From the NCBI GenBank assembly GCA_038239145.1, contig JBBSFB010000018.1, positions 6,560 through 70,559 of the forward strand: a stretch of 64,000 bases of DNA. The letters are read 5' to 3'. Below the pieces are notes generated by a model that saw only the letters and a program-made list of their open reading frames with translations, was not told the origin of the DNA and searched no databases. A program made the position numbers and the translations under genes. Positions within the stretch are counted from its first letter, which is position 1; each line of letters begins with the position of its first letter. Shown here piece by piece: positions 56,541 through 64,000 of the stretch. This DNA comes from Acidimicrobiia bacterium (lineage in GTDB: Bacteria; Actinomycetota; Acidimicrobiia; IMCC26256; PALSA-610).

Positions 56541-57605
56541 TCAGCCGGCGGTGACCGTGACCGGGATGGTCACGGTCGCGACGGTCTTGCCGGTAGCCCG
56601 CTCCCGTGCGGTGATCTGCAACGCCGTCGAGCCGACTCTTGCGGGCGCGATGGACGCGTCCCGGTCCCGGATCCGTGTGGAGGGCCGCGCCCGTTTCCAG
56701 CGACGACCCGAGGTCGAGGTGGGCGATCGTCGGATCGGCGATCGCGAACGCGAACGTGAACGCGTTCGGATGGGCGACGGGAGCACAGGTGCTCGTGTCG
56801 AGCAGTGTCGTGCCACCGAAGCCGAAGCCGAAGCCGAAGCCGAAGCCGAAGCCGAAGCCGAAGCCGAAGCCGCTCGCGCTCCGCGGAATATCGACGTGGT
56901 CGTACTTCGGGTTCAACGCATAGCGCGACGTCGGGTGCGCGCACGACGGCGGTTCGAGGAACGGTTGCAGCCGGAGGCCGGAGATGTGCAGATGGCCGAC
57001 GGCGTGTGGTGCGGCCAGGTCGGCATCGCCGGTAAACGGTGTGCCGAGCGGCGAACGGAAATACGGACCGGCGTAGTCGATCCAGTCGCCCTGGGCCTGG
57101 CCGTTGTAAGTGCGCAGATCGCTCACCCACCAGCTGTGACCGTCCGAGGCGAAGTAGGCGTACAGGCGCATACCCACGCCGTGCTCGTCCCACTCGAGCT
57201 CGAGGGTCGTGTACTCGTCCGGCGTCCCCGGATCACTGTGCACGGCGTCGGCGGAGCCGGCAGTCGTGAACGTCTTGCCGCCGGCCTCGATGTCGATGCT
57301 GCTCGCGGAGAAGTCGACCTGGGGGTCGTGAACCTGACCACCGAAGCGGAGCCGGGTTGACCGCCGACGCCTACGTCCTTGGATCCCGAATCGATCGCGG
57401 CGATCCCCGCGACGAGCGCAACTGCGGCGGCGGTGGCAACGATCGCGGCGAGCGCCGGACGCGGCCGGCGGCGCGAGGTGAGCTCGGTGACACTGGTGAC
57501 CGGGAGGTCGTCGCACGCTCGGAAGCTGACAGGGACCGCGTTGGCCTGACGGTCGAAGAGCTCGCGGAGATCGGACTCGGTCTCATCGAATGACGTGCGG
57601 TTCAT
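56541..57605 (-). pseudogene. ECF-sigma-coupled single-pass membrane protein (anti-sigma-like) readable only through two compensating frameshifts
   Basis: ATG 57605 overlaps the sigma stop (ATGA). The original frame gives MNRTSFDETESDL... and TM helix PALAAIVATAAAVALVAGIAAI. From about 57360 to about 56665 the coding signal lies in the -1 frame (track ORF 56506..57516). The last 40 aa or so return to the original frame (track ORF 56541..56816). Total length is 1065 nt, or 355 codons. Confidence 0.55.
56818..56871. repeat. Perfect hexanucleotide microsatellite (GAAGCC)x9, encoding (Gly-Phe)9 on the minus strand
   Basis: Nine uninterrupted GAAGCC units read directly from the sequence. On the coding strand they read SAS-(GF)9-GGTT. 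Confidence 0.95.
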
Positions 57606-58105
57606 TGCTCGATTCCTTTCCGGAGCGCGGCGAGCCCGCGCGATGTCAACGACTTCGCGGTGCCGGGCCGACAGGAAAGTGCTTCGGCGATCTCGGCTTC
57701 GCGTAGACCGAGATGGAACCGGAGCACCAGCACTGCCCGTTGTCGATAGGGCAGCGCCCCGACGACATCGGCCAGCACATCGAAGGCGAGCTCGTTCGAC
57801 ACTGGACCGGCCACGAGCGGCAACTTCGCTCGCTCGCTGTGCCGACGCGATTGCCAGCTCCGGCACGCGTTGACGATCGAGGCTCGCAGGTACGCACTCG
57901 GGTTCTCGACGGTGGCCCACTTCGGGAACACCCGCGTGAACGCCTCCTGCGCGAGGTCTTCGCCCGCTCGGGCGTCCTGTACGAGCAGTGCGGCCAAGCG
58001 AACTGCGCCCGGCCATGCCTGCCGGTAGAAGTCGACGAATTCCGTGGGCGTGGTCGGTGCTTCGCCCAAGGTCGGGGACTTCGCCAGGGAATCAGGTTGT
58101 GTCAC
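57602..58105 (-). CDS. ECF (group 4) sigma-70 family RNA polymerase sigma factor
   Basis: Region 2 is DLAQEAFTRVFPKW...YLRASIVNACRSW. Region 4 is LPYRQRAVLVLRFHLGLREAEIAEALSCRPGTAKSLTSRGLAALR. GTG 58105 or 58111. Confidence 0.85.
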   Translation of the reverse strand: MTQPDSLAKSPTLGEAPTTPTEFVDFYRQAWPGAVRLAALLVQDARAGEDLAQEAFTRVFPKWATVENPSAYLRASIVNACRSWQSRRHSERAKLPLVAGPVSNELAFDVLADVVGALPYRQRAVLVLRFHLGLREAEIAEALSCRPGTAKSLTSRGLAALRKGIEQ

Positions 58106-58225
58106 TGTCACGCTCGCTCCCGCTGGCCATCGGAGCCGAAACCCGGCCCGTACGAGATCCAGACCGGCGAGGTACCCGTTCGGTTCCATGCGCGTTCCGT
58201 TTCGGACCGGCGTCGCGTCGATAGT

Positions 58226-59290
58226 GTGACCGCGGTGCGCGCTGCCGTCGCCCGTCGAGGTGCTCTCCTCGTGGAAGAAGTCGCCGAGCCGGTTCTCGGA
58301 CCCGGAGATGCGTTGATCGCGGTCCGGGCCTGCGGGATCTGCGGTTCCGATCTCCACGCGTTGCACTACGCCGACGAGCTCGTGGCCATCACGCGCGAGA
58401 TGGGCGTTCCGATGACGTTCGACCCGGCCCGCGACTTCATCATGGGTCACGAGTTCACCGGTGAGGTGCTCGAGCTCGGTCCGATGACCGACGGCGCGCC
58501 GGTGCAGGTCGGCGACCTCGTGACCTCGCTTCCCATTGCGCTCACGCCGGCGGGCATGGAGCCGGTCGGCGCGTATTCCAACACGTACAACGGCGCGTAC
58601 GCGCAACGAATGCGGCTCACCGCCGGGCTGTGCATGAAGGTCCCGAACGGCCTCGACCATCGCCGGGCCGCGCTCACCGAGCCGATGTCGGTGGGACGGC
58701 ACGCGGCCGCGCGCGCGGCCGTGACGCCCGCCGAAGCCGCAGTCGTGCTCGGCGCGGGACCGGTGGGTCTCGCGGTCGTGGCCGAGCTGCGCCGGCTTGG
58801 AATCGAGACGATCGTCGTCTCCGACTATTCGCCCCGTCGACGCGCGGTAGCGCTTGCGATGGGCGCCCACGTTGCCGTCGATCCTGCTGTCGACGATCCG
58901 ATGGACGCGTGGTTGGCCGCGGATGGTCGCCGCACTCCGGTTGTGTTCGACGCGATCGGTGTTCCCGGAACACTCGAAGCCGTGATCAAGGCCGCGCCGG
59001 CTATGGGCCGCGTCTGCATCGTCGGTTCGTGCATGCAGCCCGACACGGTGCGCCCGCTGGTGGCCCAGACTAAACAGCTGACGATCGTCTTTTCGTTCGC
59101 GTACGAGCCGTTCGAGTTCGGCGACACGCTCCGGGCGATCGCGGAGGGCGAAATCGACGTCACTCCGATGATCACGGGAACCTGCGGGGTGGACGGCGTA
59201 CCCGCCGCGTTCGATGCGCTGCGCAATCCCGATGAACACGTGAAGATCCTCGTCGAGCCCGGCGGCCCGACGATTCCCCAAACCGTGTGA
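58226..59290 (+). CDS. Zinc-dependent alcohol dehydrogenase (MDR family)
   Basis: ACGICGSDLH, GHEFTGEV, VLGAGPVGL. GTG 58226 lies inside the 525-aa track ORF. Confidence 0.85.
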   Translation: MTAVRAAVARRGALLVEEVAEPVLGPGDALIAVRACGICGSDLHALHYADELVAITREMGVPMTFDPARDFIMGHEFTGEVLELGPMTDGAPVQVGDLVTSLPIALTPAGMEPVGAYSNTYNGAYAQRMRLTAGLCMKVPNGLDHRRAALTEPMSVGRHAAARAAVTPAEAAVVLGAGPVGLAVVAELRRLGIETIVVSDYSPRRRAVALAMGAHVAVDPAVDDPMDAWLAADGRRTPVVFDAIGVPGTLEAVIKAAPAMGRVCIVGSCMQPDTVRPLVAQTKQLTIVFSFAYEPFEFGDTLRAIAEGEIDVTPMITGTCGVDGVPAAFDALRNPDEHVKILVEPGGPTIPQTV

Positions 59291-59300
59291 CCCGGTCGGC

Positions 59301-59690
59301 TTAACCCTCGATCTTCTTCTTCAACTCCACGACTGATCCCTCGTACACGGGAACGAACAGCCCGAGGAGATCGTCGGGCACAACCGCGACCGACCACGTG
59401 ACGTGCGAGCCGCCGCCTTCGGGCTCGACGGTGATCGTCGCGAGGTGCGACTCGAGGTTGCCCATGGGCGACTCCACCACGGAGTACGAGATGCTGCGCG
59501 CTTCGTCGTCGATGCCGCGCAATTGTTCTTTGATCTCGATGCCCATCAGCCCGACGGTGCGGACGTCGCCGGCGACGACGCACGATTCGACGCCGGGCAT
59601 CCAGGTTTCGAGCCCACCGAACTCACGCACGACTTTCCACACTTCGTCGGGGCTCTTGTCGATCGAGACTTCTGCTTTTCCGTCGGCCAT
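59301..59690 (-). CDS. SRPBCC (polyketide cyclase/START-like) family protein
   Basis: 129 aa: ...SPDEVWKVVREFGGLETWMPGV... ATG 59690. Confidence 0.8.
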   Translation of the reverse strand: MADGKAEVSIDKSPDEVWKVVREFGGLETWMPGVESCVVAGDVRTVGLMGIEIKEQLRGIDDEARSISYSVVESPMGNLESHLATITVEPEGGGSHVTWSVAVVPDDLLGLFVPVYEGSVVELKKKIEG

Positions 59691-59707
59691 GCCGACATCA
59701 TTGCATG

Positions 59708-60910
59708 TCAAGCAGGGCGCGTGTCCGGCGGCGAAAGTGCAGCGCCGGGCGCGGTGAACACGCCCCGGTGCCAGCGGTCCGGCGTACCGAGGAGGGCGCG
59801 GGGGTAGTCCTCCCACATCCACCGGGCGAAGTTGCGGCGCGTCCACGGCGTGAGGTCGGCGGCGCGGAGCGCGGCCCGGGCGCCGAGCGGATGGCGCAGG
59901 ATCCGTTGGAGCAGATGCGCGAAGCGCAGGTCGCGTCCGATGGCCCGTTCGACGAGGTCGCGGTAGTCGGCGCCGGTCGCGATCGCTTCGGCGGCGAGCA
60001 TGCCGGTCTCGATCGCCTGGGCGATTCCTTCGCCGGTCATCGGGTCGACGACTCCGGCCGAATCCCCCGCAAAGAACACGCAACCCTCGACGAGGCGCGC
60101 CGGCTCGTACCGGGTCGGAATAGGCCACGCCCGCACCGGTTCCGACGGTTCGGCGGTACGACCGAGGATGTCGCGCAGCACGGGCCGCGACAACAGATCG
60201 GGCCAGAGTTCCTTGAGCGCTCGACCGCTTCGGCCATCGGAGCGCAGGACCCCGTACCCGACGTTGGCCCGGCGACCGGGCAGCGGGAACACCCACGCGT
60301 ATCCGGGAAGCAGATCGCGCTCGAAGACGACCCAAAGGCGGTCTTCGTCGACGCCGTCGAAGTACTGACGGACCGCGTGCCATTCGCCGAGGTCGCGCGG
60401 CGCGTGCGGAGCAAGGGCGCGCCGCACTGACGACCAGTGCCCGTCGGCCGCGATCACGAACCGGGCGTCGAGCGTCGCGCCTCCCGCGAAGATCAGGTGC
60501 ACGCCGGTACGATCCTGCTGCACTCCCTCGAGCGTCCAGCCCTCGCGGACGTCGGCGCCGCGTCGGCGAGCAACCGCGACGAGTGCGGCGTCGAGTGCAA
60601 GCCGCGACACGACCGCGGCGTGCGTCCCGTTCGTCGGGAGGGGCAGCACCGCGCGTCGTCCACTGGGTGAGACCAGCACCGTCTCCCGTATGAACATCGG
60701 CGCCGCGAGCGCGAGATCCGCAACCGTGACGCCGAGTCGTTCCAGAAGACGCAGTGCGTTGGCGGTCAGACCGTCGCCGCACGTCTTGTCGCGCGGGAAG
60801 TGGGCCTTGTCGACGCACACGACGGTGAGACCGCGCTCCACTGCGGTGATCGCGGCTGCGGTGCCGGCCGGGCCGGCACCCACTACGACGACGTCGACGG
60901 GTTCGGCCAT
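59708..60910 (-). CDS. Geranylgeranyl reductase family FAD-dependent oxidoreductase
   Basis: VDVVVVGAGPAGTAAA, KTCGDGLT, FAGDSAGVVDPMTGEGI. Confidence 0.85.
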   Translation of the reverse strand: MAEPVDVVVVGAGPAGTAAAITAVERGLTVVCVDKAHFPRDKTCGDGLTANALRLLERLGVTVADLALAAPMFIRETVLVSPSGRRAVLPLPTNGTHAAVVSRLALDAALVAVARRRGADVREGWTLEGVQQDRTGVHLIFAGGATLDARFVIAADGHWSSVRRALAPHAPRDLGEWHAVRQYFDGVDEDRLWVVFERDLLPGYAWVFPLPGRRANVGYGVLRSDGRSGRALKELWPDLLSRPVLRDILGRTAEPSEPVRAWPIPTRYEPARLVEGCVFFAGDSAGVVDPMTGEGIAQAIETGMLAAEAIATGADYRDLVERAIGRDLRFAHLLQRILRHPLGARAALRAADLTPWTRRNFARWMWEDYPRALLGTPDRWHRGVFTAPGAALSPPDTRPA

Positions 60911-60940
60911 CCACGCCGACGGTACCGGCTGGACCCGTTT

Positions 60941-61813
60941 TCAGCGCACTTCGGCGCGGCTGAACCAGAAGCCCGACCCGACGACGAAGACGATCAACCA
61001 GGCACCCGTCAACACGGCTCCGCCGGCCATGGTGTGGATCGTCCGTTCGTTGATCCCGTTGCTCGTGGCCGGATCGACCACCAGAGCGAGCAGGCCCCGA
61101 ACCGGCGCGTAGTGCGAGAGGAGACCGAACGGCATCTCCTTCGGTTCGATGATGAACAGCAACGGATACTGCAGATAGAGGGCGATCATGCCGGCGCTCG
61201 ACCGCCTCGTCACGAGCGTGACGCAGTACGCCATCGCGGCTCCGGCGCCGGCTGCGGCCGAGATGCGCAGCGCCTCTGCGACGCGATCGACTACGAACGT
61301 CCCGTCGACACCCCGCACGACGCCGTTGGCGACACTCCCGAGATACATGGCGATCGCCACGATCAGCAACACCGCGAACGCGAACGCGCCGACCCCGATC
61401 GCGACCGCCGCGGCCTTGGCGACGTGCAGGCGCTCGCGTCGCGACTCGAACAGCAACTGGGTGGTGAGCGATCCGACGTGGAACTCCGCACCCACGAACG
61501 ACGCGCCGATCGCGAACCCGGCGAACAGGAGCGCGACGCCCGTGCCCTGGAGGACGTCTCGAAGATCCTTCCCGACGTTTGTGCGCGTGTCGGATTGTTC
61601 CACGACCAACCCACCCTGATCGTCGGGCGAACCGGAGAACGATCCGGTGGGCACGGTGCCGGTCGTCGGATCAACCGTGAACGTGCGGCTCGCGTGTCCC
61701 TTCGCGGTCCCGACGGTGACGACCAGCACGATGATGAGCACGGCGACCAAGAACATGCCCCGCACGATCCGGCGGGCGAAGAACCGGCGCAGCTCGGCGT
61801 CGAGTTGCCTCAT
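60941..61813 (-). CDS. ABC-2 type transporter permease
   Basis: Multiple hydrophobic segments. ATG 61813 overlaps the ATPase stop (ATGA). Confidence 0.75.
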   Translation of the reverse strand: MRQLDAELRRFFARRIVRGMFLVAVLIIVLVVTVGTAKGHASRTFTVDPTTGTVPTGSFSGSPDDQGGLVVEQSDTRTNVGKDLRDVLQGTGVALLFAGFAIGASFVGAEFHVGSLTTQLLFESRRERLHVAKAAAVAIGVGAFAFAVLLIVAIAMYLGSVANGVVRGVDGTFVVDRVAEALRISAAAGAGAAMAYCVTLVTRRSSAGMIALYLQYPLLFIIEPKEMPFGLLSHYAPVRGLLALVVDPATSNGINERTIHTMAGGAVLTGAWLIVFVVGSGFWFSRAEVR

Positions 61814-62721
61814 CGGTCTTCCCCGGTCAGCTCCAAGAAGACTTCTTCCAGGGATCGGGCGACGGGGGAGAGTTCGGACAAGAAGATGCCGGCGCCGGCA
61901 AGTGTGGCCGTCACCTCGTGGCTCCGGCTCGGCTCCACGTCGACCACCAGGGCGCCGTCGGGCTCGACCAGCACCGACCATCTCGCGCCGGCCAACACCT
62001 CGCGTGCCCGGGGATCGACGACGCGCACGCGGAATCGTGCGTTCGTTCCCTGCAGCAGGTCGCTGACCCGGCCGTCGGCGATACAGCGGCCGTGGGCGAG
62101 GATCGCCACGCGATCGCACGAGTGCTCCACCTCGGAGAGGATGTGGCTCGACACGAAGACGGTCCGGCCCTCGGCCGCGACGGACCGCATCAGTGTGCGT
62201 ACCTCGAGGATCCCGGGCGGATCCAGGCCGTTCGCCGGCTCGTCGAGGATCAGCAGCGCAGGGTCCTTCAGGAGTGCGGCCGCGATACCGAGGCGCTGCT
62301 TCATCCCGAGCGAGTACGTCGCGAATCGGGAGTCGGCCCGGGCACCGAGTCCGACCCGACCGAGCGTTGCGTCGACCGTCTTCGGTGCGATGCCGCGGGT
62401 CCGGGCGAGTAGTTCCAGGTTGCGGCGACCGGTGAAGTTCGGGAAGAACGAGGGTTGCTCGACCAGCGCGCCGATGCGGTCGAAGGCGGAGGGCAGTTCG
62501 CGCGGTACCTCGGCGCCCAGGACGCGGACCCGGCCCTTGGCCCCTCGCAACAACCCGACCGCGGCCCGGATGGCCGTGGTCTTGCCGGCCCCGTTCGCGC
62601 CGAGGAACCCGAACACGCCCCCTTCCGGGACCGTGAGGTCGAGCCCGGCCAGGGCGGCAACCCGTCCGCGTCGGGTCCGGTACGAGACCCGGACGTCCTC
62701 GAATTCGAGTGCCGCGCCCAA
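61810..62721 (-). CDS. ABC transporter ATP-binding protein
   Basis: GANGAGKTT (Walker A), YSLGMKQRL (signature), LLILDEP (Walker B). TTG 62721 is preceded by GGGAGAA. The upstream part of the 633-aa track ORF is shadow. Confidence 0.9.
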   Translation of the reverse strand: MGAALEFEDVRVSYRTRRGRVAALAGLDLTVPEGGVFGFLGANGAGKTTAIRAAVGLLRGAKGRVRVLGAEVPRELPSAFDRIGALVEQPSFFPNFTGRRNLELLARTRGIAPKTVDATLGRVGLGARADSRFATYSLGMKQRLGIAAALLKDPALLILDEPANGLDPPGILEVRTLMRSVAAEGRTVFVSSHILSEVEHSCDRVAILAHGRCIADGRVSDLLQGTNARFRVRVVDPRAREVLAGARWSVLVEPDGALVVDVEPSRSHEVTATLAGAGIFLSELSPVARSLEEVFLELTGEDR

Positions 62722-62886
62722 AGAGTTCTCCCGTTCGTCGTAGCGGGTTGGCCCGTTGCGTCCTCTGGGTGACGCTCGGGAGCGTCGCGATGTTGCACGT
62801 TTCGACGCAGTGGCGGGGGGATTGGCAGAATCGTGGTTTCCCGGACCGGCGCCCGCGCGCCGATTCGCGTCACGAACAGGAGTCGT

Positions 62887-63666
62887 ATGAACGTCGCCGT
62901 CTGCGTCAAACAGATCCCCGACCCGGCTGTGCCGGGCACGCTCTCGGCCGACAAGACGCTCGATCGCGCCGGCAAGCTCATCCTCGACGAGTCCGACAGC
63001 TACGGCGTCGAGATGGCCCTGCAGCTCGTCGACGCGGCGGGAGGCGGCGAGGTCACGTTGATCTCGATGGCGCCGAACGACGAGGTCTCGGGCCTGCGCA
63101 CCGCGCTCGCGATGGGTGCGGCCAAGGCCATCCTCGTGTCCGACCCGGCGCTCGCCGGTTCCGATGCGCTCTCGACCGCCAAGATCCTTGCCAAGAGCAT
63201 CGAGCGCGCCGGCGACATCGACCTCGTCCTCGCGGCGACCGAGTCCTCGGATGGCTACACCGGCACGGTGCCGGCCCAGGTGGCCGAGCTGCTGGGTTGG
63301 CCCGCCCTCACCTTCTCGAAGCACGTCGAAATCGCCGACGGCAAAGTGAAGGTGCAACGCCAGACCGAAGCCGGTTACGACGAAGTCGAGGCCTCGCTGC
63401 CGGCAATCGTGAGTGTGACCGCCGGAGTGGTCGAGCCCCGCTACCCGTCGTTCAAGGGGATCATGGCGGCCAAGAACAAGCCGGTCGACAAGGTCACCGC
63501 GGCCGATCTCGGTCTCGACGCCGGGCAGGTCGGCTGGGCCGGCGCTCGCCAGGAGATCGTCAACATCGAGCAGGCGCCCGCCCGGCAGGCCGGCGAGAAG
63601 TTCGAAGACGACGGTACGGGCGCGGAGAAGGTCGTCGCGTTCCTCGAGCAGTTGAAGGTGGTCTGA
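62887..63666 (+). CDS. etfB: Electron transfer flavoprotein beta subunit
   Basis: MNVAVCVKQIPD..., ESSDGYTG.VPAQVAELLGWP. AGGAG precedes ATG 62887. Confidence 0.95.
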   Translation: MNVAVCVKQIPDPAVPGTLSADKTLDRAGKLILDESDSYGVEMALQLVDAAGGGEVTLISMAPNDEVSGLRTALAMGAAKAILVSDPALAGSDALSTAKILAKSIERAGDIDLVLAATESSDGYTGTVPAQVAELLGWPALTFSKHVEIADGKVKVQRQTEAGYDEVEASLPAIVSVTAGVVEPRYPSFKGIMAAKNKPVDKVTAADLGLDAGQVGWAGARQEIVNIEQAPARQAGEKFEDDGTGAEKVVAFLEQLKVV

Positions 63667-63667
63667 C

Positions 63668-64000
63668 GTGAAGGTCTGGGTGTTCGCCGAAGTAGCGCTC
63701 GACAAGGTCACGACCGCGACGCTCGAGCTTTTGACGAAGGCGCGCGAGATCGGGTCCGACGTCGAGGCGATCTACGCGGGTGCGGGCGACGCGGCCGCGG
63801 TCGCAGCTTCGGTCGGCGCGTACGGAGCGACCAAGTTGCACGTCATCGATCCGGGCGACGGACTCCCCGGTCAGGTCGCAGCCGCGACGATCGCGCAGCT
63901 GGCGGGCGAGCAGAGCCCCGACGTCATTCTCTTCGCGCAGTCGTACGACGGCCGTGACGCGCTGGCTCGTTTGTCGGTCAAGCTCGACAAGCCCGTACTC
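63668..64000 (+). CDS. etfA: Electron transfer flavoprotein alpha subunit (3' end beyond window)
   Basis: VKVWVFAE...TLELLTKAREIG... GTG 63668 lies 2 nt after the etfB stop. The gene is truncated by the window end. Confidence 0.9.
   Translation, partial: MKVWVFAEVALDKVTTATLELLTKAREIGSDVEAIYAGAGDAAAVAASVGAYGATKLHVIDPGDGLPGQVAAATIAQLAGEQSPDVILFAQSYDGRDALARLSVKLDKPVL

Noticed and set aside
56551-57360. ORFs reading the microsatellite as (Glu-Ala)n on the plus strand (56551..57360) or (Arg-Ser)n (56805..57035).
   Set aside because: These are alternative-frame or alternative-strand readings of the same GAAGCC repeat. The flanking sequence in those frames is low-complexity, whereas the minus-strand GF frame is flanked by globular, GC3-rich sequence.

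Overview
This is a GC-rich, gene-dense chromosomal segment; by eye the G+C is in the high 60s to about 70 %, but I did not compute it. I can support about 65 protein-coding genes and two tRNAs, one of them cut by the window edge. I recognised no rRNA, CRISPR array, transposase, integrase or phage genes.

The gene content points to Actinomycetota:
- mycothiol S-conjugate amidase (Mca);
- F420-related cofC/fbiD plus LLM oxidoreductases;
- an SOS-boxed imuA'-imuB-dnaE2 cassette;
- HU plus a Lys/Ala-rich histone-like tail;
- WS/DGAT and an ECF sigma factor.
A GYW..DGG.F.F repeat protein suggests an Acidimicrobiia-like lineage, but that is inference only. From memory, the hup ... cofC-gpsA neighbourhood resembles the one known in mycobacteria.

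Many adjacent genes are translationally coupled by 4-nt overlaps (ATGA, GTGA, TTGA). Most long ORFs in the six-frame track are Arg/Pro-rich antisense or out-of-frame shadows of the real genes, as is typical at this GC content.

I did not find a convincing, clearly novel multi-gene system. The window reads as core housekeeping and metabolic chromosome. The observations most worth a second look are:
1. The membrane protein gene downstream of the ECF sigma factor can only be read through two mutually compensating frameshifts. It also carries a perfect (GAAGCC)x9 microsatellite encoding (Gly-Phe)9.
2. An unannotated, very basic 45-58 aa ORF is ATGA-coupled to a 3'-truncated NTF2-like gene.
3. HU and its Lys/Ala-rich H1-like tail are encoded as two separate genes rather than fused.
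4. A tandem-duplicated MgtE-type membrane protein sits next to a separate 2x(PhoU-like + TrkA-C) cytosolic protein.
5. A tandem-repeat mini-uORF overlaps the start codon of a hydrolase gene.

Three apparent frameshifts in two genes (one in the DinB/DUF664 gene, two in the anti-sigma-like gene) may be assembly indels rather than biology. All coordinates and motifs were read by hand, and no database search was possible.
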